64,000 bases of DNA from Tubulanus polymorphus. Its lineage: Eukaryota; Animalia; Nemertea. The stretch spans positions 16,802,110 to 16,866,109 of the forward strand of contig NC_134030.1 in NCBI RefSeq assembly GCF_964204645.1. Reading direction: 5' to 3'. The notes under the pieces are model-generated. The model saw nothing but the letters and a program-made list of their open reading frames with translations, had not been told where the DNA came from and did no database searches. The position numbers were made by a program, and so were the translations under genes. Positions 50,222-59,974 of this stretch are shown here, in pieces; positions within the stretch are counted from its first letter, which is position 1, and the number at the start of each line of letters is the position of its first letter.

Positions 50222-51310
50222 GGTATTGTTGTTTTTTATTGTTCTAGAGCTTTGATTTTGCATGTGTAACTAGGGTTTCCCTATTCTTTCTAAAACTATT
50301 TAAAAAACAATCATACTCTGAACTTCGGTAACTAGTCGGGTATGAGACCACAATTAGGTCAGTATGCCTCAAGACGCGTAGGTGCAGGACGCCTGAAATA
50401 GTACCTAAAATAAACTGCAGGGCTCCCATTAAAGTTGCCATGGTTACACAAATAGAGGACGTGATGGTAAACTGTTATATGTATAAAATCTTAGGGTACT
50501 GAGAGACATATTGATAATAAAATCGAGGATTTAAAATCGACTATTTTCCCTGTAGTGATAGTACTAAACACATTGGGGGACTCCCTGTGAAATTCAGCTC
50601 CAATGTACTGGTATACCTGGCATTGGGGGACCCCTAATCTATAAAAGTATGATTATTTCAAAAGTTAGGTTGGGTAAGTGCGGCGAAAACCACGTCAATG
50701 CATAGCTAAGATTCTCGTTTATGAGCCATAAGCTAGATTTCCCTTGGTTTTATGCGATTATATATGAAATTAATATATATCGAGTTTCCTGTTTTTACAA
50801 TAGGATATAGAAGACTTTAGAATGGTGGTCTGAGCTCATCAGGTAGAAATGCCCTTCATTCACTTGTTTTTACACTACAATGACTTTAATGAGCTAAGAT
50901 GTTTTCACCTTTTCTAGTTTTAACTCGTTCTTATTTGCAATTTTATGTTCATTATTGTTATATTATTGTTATGTTATATTATTGATGCTAAGAAGGTCTT
51001 TCTGTCTCCCATTTGCATAGAAAAAAAATTATGAAATTGAAAAGTGTTGGTGACTCGTCCCCTCATCCCCTGGCCTGATAACCCTAACTTTGCAGTTACT
51101 CAGAAACTGTCCATTCTAAAAATAAAGAGTCGACTGTAAGCAACATGATGCAGGTTTCGGACTTTGGCTTTTGGGAGAGACGCGGGCTGCTTCGAGATTT
51201 GATGAGAAACGAGGTATCAATTTGAAGGGCCTATCCGGTGGATTAATGAACTTTTAATTATCACTATCACTACTATCCACTGGTTAACTGTAAGCAACTT
51301 CTGAGCAAAA

Positions 51311-52591
51311 TCATACCGCACATAAGCCTGGTCTTCGTGCCTTTTTATTGATCGAAAACATTGCTTTCAGTTGATTTCGAAATCGACGCCTCGACGCACA
51401 ATAGATGATAAAATTACTAGATGCTACGATCATTCTGATGATATTTTGGAGTTGGTTCAATATCGCGTATGAGGAGCTTCTACCGATCGTGCCGTTCAGA
51501 GTTAAAATAAGATTGATTATTGCTGCTCTTAGAAAAAAGGCTTTTTTCACTAAATACAAACACGAGATGAGAACTAACGTCAATGTTAGGCTAAGGTCAT
51601 TGCTGTTAGGGTTGCTGGTGCTGTTACTGTTGAGAATTTTGTTGTATGTAGACATGGTTTTTCTCGCTGACCTTGCGCGTCTCAACGTGAAAATCAATCG
51701 GATGGTTATAACAACCACGATCATGGTCGGGATTATAGTTATTATAGGAGCGCGGGCAAAGACATTATAGTATTTCAAGTACTTGTTTTTCCCAAATGGA
51801 GTGAACCTACGCGTCCATCTCTCGTGTCCAGTGCACGGATTGATAGAACGACGAGTATAATACTTGAAAATATCCCGAGACTGATCACAGGCTGACAATA
51901 CTGCCACCAGAATGATGCAGATATAACTTCTCTTCATGCTTATGATTCTGACAGCTTTCAGGGGCCAACAAACAGCGATATATCTGTCAATAGCTATCAA
52001 CAATGTGATCAGATCACTGATACTTGATGATAAGATGCGTATGTTTTGAGTATAGGTGTACATGCGCTTCATAGTATGGTTTATTTCAGCAGTCATGTCC
52101 AGTAACAATGTGTGACTGTAGAGCCAGTACTGAATGTCAAATATAATATAAGACAAACAAATAGAGAAATCCGCAACTGCCAAACACCTCAAATAGAATA
52201 TACTGGTGTTATTTGAACGTTCTTTGCTGAGAAGTATAAAAGACAGTAAATTGGTGCCGAAACCAAAGATGACAATGCCGAAAATAACGTAAGTAGTGAC
52301 CTGTATTAGAAGATTCACGTGAAACGGTTTGTAATCGGCATGATGTATGTATTTACACCGCGGATGAGGTTTAAACCCGGCCTTTTCGGTGGTGGTTGCC
52401 TGGTCCGATCCATTGAAGCCGAGAAACCAACCGCCAAGTGTAGCATTTTCTGACGAAGCCATTTCCGCCATACACGATTTGCATACAGTCACAGGTAAAT
52501 TAGGTAGCTGTCTTAAACTCCCATATTCCAAATTCTTTAAATCAGTCACCCACCTTGCTGCAGCAGTGACGATGGAAGACTGAAAATCCAC
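51311..52591 (-). CDS. Class A (rhodopsin-like) GPCR, invertebrate FMRFamide/peptide-receptor-like, intronless
   Basis: Seven hydrophobic segments; GTN (TM1), LAVAD (TM2), IAIDRYIAVCWP (DRY), NFIIYC (TM7), RRFR helix 8. Confidence 0.9.
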   Translation of the reverse strand: MDFQSSIVTAAARWVTDLKNLEYGSLRQLPNLPVTVCKSCMAEMASSENATLGGWFLGFNGSDQATTTEKAGFKPHPRCKYIHHADYKPFHVNLLIQVTTYVIFGIVIFGFGTNLLSFILLSKERSNNTSIFYLRCLAVADFSICLSYIIFDIQYWLYSHTLLLDMTAEINHTMKRMYTYTQNIRILSSSISDLITLLIAIDRYIAVCWPLKAVRIISMKRSYICIILVAVLSACDQSRDIFKYYTRRSINPCTGHERWTRRFTPFGKNKYLKYYNVFARAPIITIIPTMIVVVITIRLIFTLRRARSARKTMSTYNKILNSNSTSNPNSNDLSLTLTLVLISCLYLVKKAFFLRAAIINLILTLNGTIGRSSSYAILNQLQNIIRMIVASSNFIIYCASRRRFRNQLKAMFSINKKARRPGLCAV

Positions 52592-53736
52592 ATACAGTTC
52601 TTCAGGTTGATATCATACGCAAAATCTATGACATTTTTTTTAAGTAAGCTACGATTACCAATTAAACGGTCAATTTTGAAATAATGAGGGAAAAGATATG
52701 CCAATCGTTATATTCGAATAATATATGCGAATCACATGGAGAGAAAGCTCTCTACTGTACGTTACTATAGTAACCATGGTGGCCGATACTGGAAATAAAA
52801 TATGACGCCCAATCTTTGAAAATGGACAGGCGGCAATTTAAACATGGCATGCGAATCTACATACAATTGAAACTTTGTAATTGCTCTGTTGTTTTATATG
52901 ATAACCTTATTGCGTTTCGAGTTTAAGGGAATGACGTTATGAGAATAAAATCATTTGCAATCGTCGCGCAGAGTCACGCAAAGAAAGCTTATGGAATGAG
53001 GACGTACACTAGCCCTAAGGCCACACCAAAGGAAAACCCTGTTTCTTGGGCCCGACCGACCCGACATTTCGTCGTTTCAAATAATCATTTTCTGAATAAA
53101 ATAATATTGCCTACCCACCCTCTTTCAAAATTTGGGTAAAATAAAATTGTTTCAACAGTATATATGTGGTTGACCGACTACCAAACTCTCCATTCTCGTA
53201 AATATTTTTTTTCCTTTTTAATCGAATTGTGATGTCGGCAATAAGATCAACATCATAAGAATATTTTATTACATCTGATTTAACAGTTTGATTATGGATT
53301 GGATTGTACAATTCAGGAATAAATAGTTTTTTTATAGGTAATTGTACAAACGCTTCAATTTCCTTTAATCATTGTGGTCTACTAGCTGGTAATCATATTC
53401 TTGACTAAAAATTTGGTCCAGTAAAAAGGATTAACGGCGACATACCCCATTTTCAAAGTGTACCCACAATATTTTTTCTATAAAAAGAAAAAACAATTCC
53501 ATACCTACCTACCGATTTTGGTAATTGCCCGGCCAGAGAAACAGCATTTTTTATGTGAACGTATCCAAATTATTTTAGCACAATACACTTTAGCGTATTG
53601 AGTTTTTATCCATGGTGCTATATTTATTGGGCATATGGGCATAAATTGTATGCATATATGGTTGACGATTATGAATAATATACACTAGCTTCCAACTCAG
53701 TTTTACAACAGAAAATACAACATTATGTACCGTAGA

Positions 53737-53772
53737 TAGCAAGGAATATATACGTGTATATATTCCTTGCTA
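53737..53772. repeat. 36-bp palindrome (17-bp arms, GT loop)
   Basis: tagcaaggaatatatac-gt-gtatatattccttgcta. Confidence 0.85.
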
Positions 53773-54205
53773 CACCATCTGAAGAATTAACGGTTTAGTT
53801 ATGCAAATGATTCATCACATGGCAGTTGAAGGATGAAGGGAGAACATGTAGCTCAAAAAACACACTTTAATGTAACGATACGTAATGAATCGGGAATTGT
53901 GATCTTTGGGTCGACTAACCATAACGATCTAGTCACATCTCTTTCAACAGGATGTAAGCCGTCCTATAAAACGCTTTCTCAATATCAGAACAATGGGATT
54001 TTGAACGAAATCTCAATTATATGGCCGTGATATTATTAAATAGAGTTCTATGTATTCCTTTAAACTCGGTGAACCAAAGCTGCAACCGAACACAACCGAG
54101 GCGATTTGTGTCGTGCAGGAATCGCGAAAAATCTCGTGCCAGCGGGAAGCGCAGTGTTTTAGGCCCCACTGGCAGGGAACCTTCATTGTTTCTGATTCGT
54201 CTGCG

Positions 54206-54369
54206 TCTAGTCAATTCTTGTTAACCAATAGCGCGAATAGAAATCAAAAAGATTTAAATAAAAAAACAATAAGTTAAATAAGTTAGTATTAGATAAAGTA
54301 ACTTATTGTTTTTTTATTTAAATCTTTTTGATTTCTATTCGCGCTATTGGTTAACAAGAATTGACTAGA
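54206..54369. repeat. Left hairpin of copy B: 71-bp perfect arms, 22-nt loop
   Basis: Loop aataagttagtattagataaag is the reverse complement of the centre of A. Confidence 0.95.
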
Positions 54370-55313
54370 TTTCAAATAGATTTAACAAGAAATTCAATAA
54401 CTTTAACTGTTAGTATCACTCTTGTATTATTTCATTGTTTCTCTTATTGAATAAGCCAACTAACTAATATCACTCTTGTATTATCCTAGTCAAATGTAAA
54501 GAATTAACAATATCATACTTGAATGAATTAAAACATAAATTACTTCTGTTACTTCATTTTCAGAAATAAAACATAATATGTATTTAATACATTGATATCT
54601 CAACCCCCTTTTTTGGTTCACTAATATTTCATACAGTATTCCATACATTTCAGCTAATTTAACAGTCTTATTCGTGATTTATTTCATTTAGTTTATGAAT
54701 ATACAATGTACAAATTTAATACTTAAACAGTTAAACAATCTAGCGGGTTAATTGTAATCCTCTTTTATTAATGATAAATGTAAATACATAATTGAATATG
54801 ATTTATACTTTTCCAAATATTCATAATAAAATCTGTGAGATAAATAACTATTGAAACAGAAATATATATGATAAAACTATTTATATATCTATGTACTAGA
54901 CGTACGAGTAAGAATCCAAGAAATCTTACTTTCTTGGCAAGAATCTTACTTTCTTACTCGCACGTCTAGTATATAGATATATAAATTAGTTTTTATAAAA
55001 ATTATAAATATAAATTATTAATCTAAGAAATAGTTATAATATAATCTATTTTTTATTTTTATTATGTGAAAACATATAATTTATTCATTTTTATAAATAT
55101 ATTAGAATTATTATTAGAATAATTATTATAAAACTAATTCATATACCCAAGTACGAGACGTACGAGTAAGAATCCAAGATTCTTACTTTCTTGGTAAGAA
55201 TCTTACTTTCTTACTCGTACGTCTAGTACATAGATATATAAATTAGTTTTTATAAAAATCATAAATATAAATTATTAATCTAAATATAGAAATAGTTATG
55301 ATATAATCTATTT

Positions 55314-56500
55314 TTTGACGCCTTATAAAACGTTACCATTATGAAACCTAAACAATGTTAACCATTCAGCGTCATTTTACAAACGACAGCCGTAAATCGA
55401 TGTGCAAAACGTCACAGGTCTATGTGTACGCAAACAAGCTATCTGGCAAAATATTATTGACATAGATGTAGAATGGCTTCCTGTGATTATATAATGACCT
55501 ATATTTGAACGTCGAAATGTTATATTGCATTGAATATCATTAGAAGACGTATTGTAATAGTAAAGGATGTATGATTATATCAGAAACGGCAGGCATAAAT
55601 AGAAATGATAAGTAAATCGGATTATTCGGTTAAATGGCGGATGTATACACGATTTGGAAGTCTGATATAAAAGTCAGACCCTAACGTTGGCATGCCGGTG
55701 GAATGACGAAGCTATCTACGATGTGTGTAGGGCCGGCGTGAATTTCATCAGCGGCTACAAGCGGTAAATATGAAAATGTGTAAACATATAATTTCAATAT
55801 TCAAACGTTTTAGAAAATATGTTTGATATTAGGAGTATGCAGGTTTCGTGAGATTAGCAATTTATAATAGCATAGCTGTCATATACGGCTCCGCGTCCTC
55901 TGATGGCATGTGTATTAGGTGACAATTCAATTCTTTATTGATCCTTATTACATTGAAATTCCGGGATAAAATTCCCAATTCAATAAATACAAATTTTAAA
56001 ATAAATTAATACAACATACATGACACACGGGTAATTCATACAGAACAACATAAGCATGTTATTTTAAATGACAATGTCTACTTCAACCCACCCAGACTCA
56101 AGACTCTAGGATATCGAGTGACAGCCAAACCCGTGGCCCGGGCCCGGGGACCGGGCCGGCTGGCTAGGCCACACGATATGCTCGAAGTCATGATGAAGCA
56201 GACATCAGAAGAGCTCTTTCTTCAACCATGGAGGCAATGAAGTTGCAGACCAGCTTAGAGGCATAAGTAAATGAAGTCGGTCGCAAGTTCGCGATCAATT
56301 ATTGACGAATTTTCAATTAAAAAATTTAAACCACTACTAGAGTCGAAGACCTGTATCATCTACCCAATCGCAAAATCTCATCATTCCCCAAATTTCTTAA
56401 AACTTCGATTTCAAATTTGCAATTCCACATTAGCTTAGCCCAGAAATTCTACATTTTTTTCGCAGGCGTCAAATAATTTTCTAAAATTAATTTTCTTGTT
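55314..56500 (+). mobile_element. Helentron-like (DINE/HINE-type) insertion inside copy B
   Basis: Absent from A; tttgacgcct / aggcgtcaaa asymmetric TIR followed by a taatttt-ct-aaaatta stem-loop and tcttgtt; inserted in a T-run. Confidence 0.7.
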
Positions 56501-56531
56501 ATATATTTCAGCCAATTTAACAGTCTATTGC

Positions 56532-56834
56532 TTAATTTGAATTATAGAGTTTATCATCTAATTCATGAATATATTTATGATTTCTCAAATTCTTTTTATT
56601 TTTATATCTTTTATTACAAATTTCACAACACTTAATATTATTCAATCTATCTGAAATATAATTTATATTATCTTTCAATTCTGTATATCTAATTTTACAA
56701 GAATCATAGAATTCTAACAACTGTTTTATACTATAAATTGAAAAAGAAAATAAACCTGTAAGCATAATAAATGATTTAATATTCTGTTGATTTTTATATA
56801 TTAGATGTAATAAGTTTAATATATTTTCACTCAT
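56532..56834 (-). CDS. Unit ORF3 (copy B), C2H2 zinc finger
   Basis: Intact and about 93% identical in protein to copy A. Confidence 0.75.
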   Translation of the reverse strand: MSENILNLLHLIYKNQQNIKSFIMLTGLFSFSIYSIKQLLEFYDSCKIRYTELKDNINYISDRLNNIKCCEICNKRYKNKKNLRNHKYIHELDDKLYNSN

Positions 56835-56872
56835 TTTTATAGTCAAAATATATGAAATTAAAAGATGCTGTT

Positions 56873-57091
56873 TTAATCCTCTAAATCATTTTCAAAATTA
56901 ACTTTTTTATTGTTTTTATTTCTGTGATTGTTTCCATTTAACTTCTTTAATTTTTTACTCAATTTATTATTTTCATTAATCAAATCTTTTGAAATATTCT
57001 CATAGTAAAAATATAATGCAGCTAATATTAATCCTCCAGCTACAAGATAATGTTTTAAATCACTTTTCCCAGTTGGGATGAAACCATCCAT
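56873..57091 (-). CDS. Unit ORF2 (copy B), small TM protein
   Basis: 69/72 aa identical to copy A. Confidence 0.75.
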   Translation of the reverse strand: MDGFIPTGKSDLKHYLVAGGLILAALYFYYENISKDLINENNKLSKKLKKLNGNNHRNKNNKKVNFENDLED

Positions 57092-57150
57092 TTATTTAAG
57101 AAAGAAATTAAAAGATTGATAATTAATTTGAAATATCTTATTTTGAATAT

Positions 57151-57810
57151 TTAGAGTTGAATTATTACTTTTGAGTTATGATATTTTGATTTAAGATGGT
57201 GTGATTTATTGCTTCGAGTACAATATTTTCCACAATTACATAAAACGCTTTCATTAGGATTATATTTAGGCGCAACAATTTCATTATCTAAGTTACATTG
57301 AATTCCAATATTTTTATATGATTTTTCATTATCTAATTCACATTGAATACCAACATTTGATGAATTTTCATTATAGATAATTTGTTTATTATCAAAATTG
57401 AAATAATATAATTGTCTTTTTTCAATTCTTAAGTTAATCAAATCATTGTAATCTTTTGAAAGTATTAAATCATCATTTCTTTAATTGGAAGGAGTTTTAA
57501 GAATATTCATTATGTTTTCATCTAAAGTTCCTTTAAAATTAAAAACTGTATTGAACATTATAGGATTTTTAACACCATTATCAAAAGTATCAATTAGTTT
57601 AGTAATTAAATATGTTTCATTTGATAATATTTGATTAATTACAGTAATGTTATCAATTTTATAATGTCTTGCGGACACTAAATTTGTTGCTGAAATATAA
57701 TTTTTAATGTTAAACTGTGAAAATGATTTATTGGTTTCATTGATTTCGATTTTGAAGTTGGGTTCTTCTTCTTTCTTCATTTTAATAACAAAACTTTCAT
57801 TAAAACTCAT
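57151..57810 (-). pseudogene. Unit ORF1 (copy B) with one premature stop
   Basis: 57481-57810 and 57151-57441 are in frame; TAA replaces the GAA of copy A; alternative C-terminal finger CNCGKYCTRSNKSHHLKSKYH. Confidence 0.75.
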
Positions 57811-57814
57811 TCAA

Positions 57815-58190
57815 ATATAAATATTCAATGTTTTAAATATGAATTATTTCACTCGTTAATTACTCGTTACTTTTTATGTTTAAAAATCAAGAATTTATCG
57901 CATATAAATATAAATATTCACTGTTTTAAATATGAATTATTTCACTCGTTAATTACTCGTTACTTTTTATATTGAAAATAAGAATTTAACGCATATAAAT
58001 ATAAATATTCACTGTTTTAGATATGAATTATTTCAATCACACTTTACTAACACTTTTAATGTTTAAAAATCTAACTCATACAAAAAATATTGAAATAATA
58101 TATAATAATAATATATAAATATTGAAATAATGTTTAAAATATATCTATATTATCTATTCTATTAGAGCTCACACTTTACTAACACTTTTA
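57815..58190. repeat. ~92-bp subterminal tandem repeats of copy B
   Basis: atataaatattca.tgtttta.atatgaattatttca... three times, each with a doubled cactcgtt/cacacttt core. Confidence 0.75.
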
Positions 58191-58256
58191 CATTGAATAA
58201 TCTCTCAATTTATATGTTATTCATATATATTTTATTCATGTATATAAATATTTTAA

Positions 58257-58452
58257 GAGTAAAAGGGGTTTAGTTGTTCTAGGTTAAAGGTTGAATGGTC
58301 GAGAAATTTTCCAAATGTGAAAATAATAATAATTTCTACTTGAATTAGGAGTGTATGCGACTAATTCAAGTAGAAATTATTGTTATTTTCACATTTGGAA
58401 AATTTCTCGACCGTTCGACCTTTGGCCTAGAACAACTAAACCCCTATTACTC
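58257..58452. repeat. Right terminal hairpin of copy B: 92-bp arms, 12-nt loop
   Basis: gagtaaaaggggtttag...tgaattag-gagtgtatgcga-ctaattca...ctaaacccctattactc. Confidence 0.95.
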
Positions 58453-58608
58453 GCTTAACGTCCCCACATCGGCATCGATAGCCGTGTTGGGCTTGAAGGA
58501 CGAACATGTAGTTGCATAGTAGCTATAGTTGCATATGCCGAAAACCGATAATATGCGACTCTATAAATGAGGAGAATTACTAATCAATTCAAGCGTAAAT
58601 GGCGGCCT

Positions 58609-59409
58609 TCAACGAAGAGCTGCAAGCACCTGTTTTGGATCGAAGACCACGCGGTATACGATCCGAAGTAGATGCTCTTCGTTGAAAGCTGCCATTTGCG
58701 TTTGAATGGCTAGTAAGATGGAATTAACTTCCCCGACCCGAGGCTTGAATGAGGCTTCCTTCTGTGTCGCACCCGAGGTCGGGAACGAGACCGAGAAGTC
58801 GATGATACCAGGATATTCATCAGCGGAAGGACACATAATCCCTCTGGGGTTGGGTGCAGGGGACAGAGCACCTACTCGGGAATGGAGAACGGTGTCTCCT
58901 ACAACCGTACTTATTAATTTTCCTACTGCTCACTCGCGGGTGCCGCTCACATTGCTAACTTCACTAGCGATCTGCTGTAGAACTGTTACGGGGAGATACA
59001 AAGATCTAGTATTCACGTGTCCTATGGACCTAGACTGGGGAGTCCGGGACTGTATACTGGAACTTTCAACGGACGCCGAGAGCGGGAAGCTGAAGACAAA
59101 CGAGTTCCTGGCCGGACTCTAAATGACTGGGGCCGAGCCTTCGACCTGGGACGGTTTTTTAATCGTTATCCGGAAAATAACGCCCGGGGTTGCAATTGGT
59201 GCCGCGTTGAGTCAGAATACACTAGGAAAATCCAGCTTTCCTCCAGGGGAGGCGGATCTGACCTGCGTGTCCGGCCTATTGAGATCCGAGGGAGCATAAA
59301 TGCTTGGAGACTTGGTAACTATTGTCGTGTTGTCAGTGCTACCAGTGGACTTCGCTTTCTGAGAAGCGTAGGAGTGGGACTTTGTCACGAATTTCTGTTG
59401 AGCCATCAA
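58609..59409 (-). pseudogene. Degenerate Ser/Pro-rich ORF of unknown family
   Basis: ORFs 59212-59409 and 58609-58836 are in the same frame, with three stops between them. Confidence 0.3.
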
Positions 59410-59633
59410 TCCATCGAATAAATACGATTCATAATTTCAACTTCACCAACAATTTATTTACACTATGTACAATTGTCTTTCTTTAATAGCTCACACACAT
59501 TCTATTATCAAATTCCTGCTCTAAAGCAGCAAAATATATACCACAATAAATCATAGGTTATTTATTGAATAAAATATACTTAGTATCTAAACATACATTT
59601 GTTTTACAAATACTTACGGACTTAATGCGTCCC

Positions 59634-59783
59634 AAAAACCCGTTCATTACACGATTGGAATTTTCTTCAGTCCTATGAATTACCGACCAACGGTTTCTTT
59701 AATACATGTATGTATTAAAGAAACCGTTGGTCGGTAATTCATAGGACTGAAGAAAATTCCAATCGTGTAATGAACGGGTTTTT
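59634..59783. repeat. 150-bp perfect palindrome (74-bp arms, GT loop)
   Basis: aaaaacccgttc...aatacat-gt-atgtatt...gaacgggttttt. Confidence 0.95.
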
Positions 59784-59836
59784 ACCAGCAGGACTTCTCC
59801 TGAAACACGTGTGTCCCTGTCCCAGTACACACACCA

Positions 59837-59974
59837 AAAACCAACCCCAAACCTCAATCATATTCCCTTATATAACTCTATCTATTGCCATACACCACAC
59901 CACATAAAACCAACCCCAAACCTCAATCATATTCCCTTATATAACTCTATCTATTGCCATACACCACACCACAT
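59837..59974. repeat. 69-bp perfect tandem duplication
   Basis: aaaaccaaccccaaacctc...caccacaccacat twice. Confidence 0.9.

Larger units (their letters stand above)
54206..58451 (-). mobile_element. Copy B: monomer of the AT-rich unit with a hairpin at both ends
   Basis: Colinear with the right arm of A; left palindrome 54206-54369, right palindrome 58257-58452; ORF1-3 homologues. Confidence 0.9.

Noticed and set aside
51405-51770. Antisense ORFs over the GPCR and DIRS (also 52389-52583, 10308-10541, 11719-12003)
   Set aside because: Shadows of real coding sequence on the opposite strand.
54206-58451. Copy B as a Helitron (CTAG at one end)
   Set aside because: No 5' TC, no A|T insertion site, hairpins far longer than Helitron stem-loops, and no Rep/Hel.
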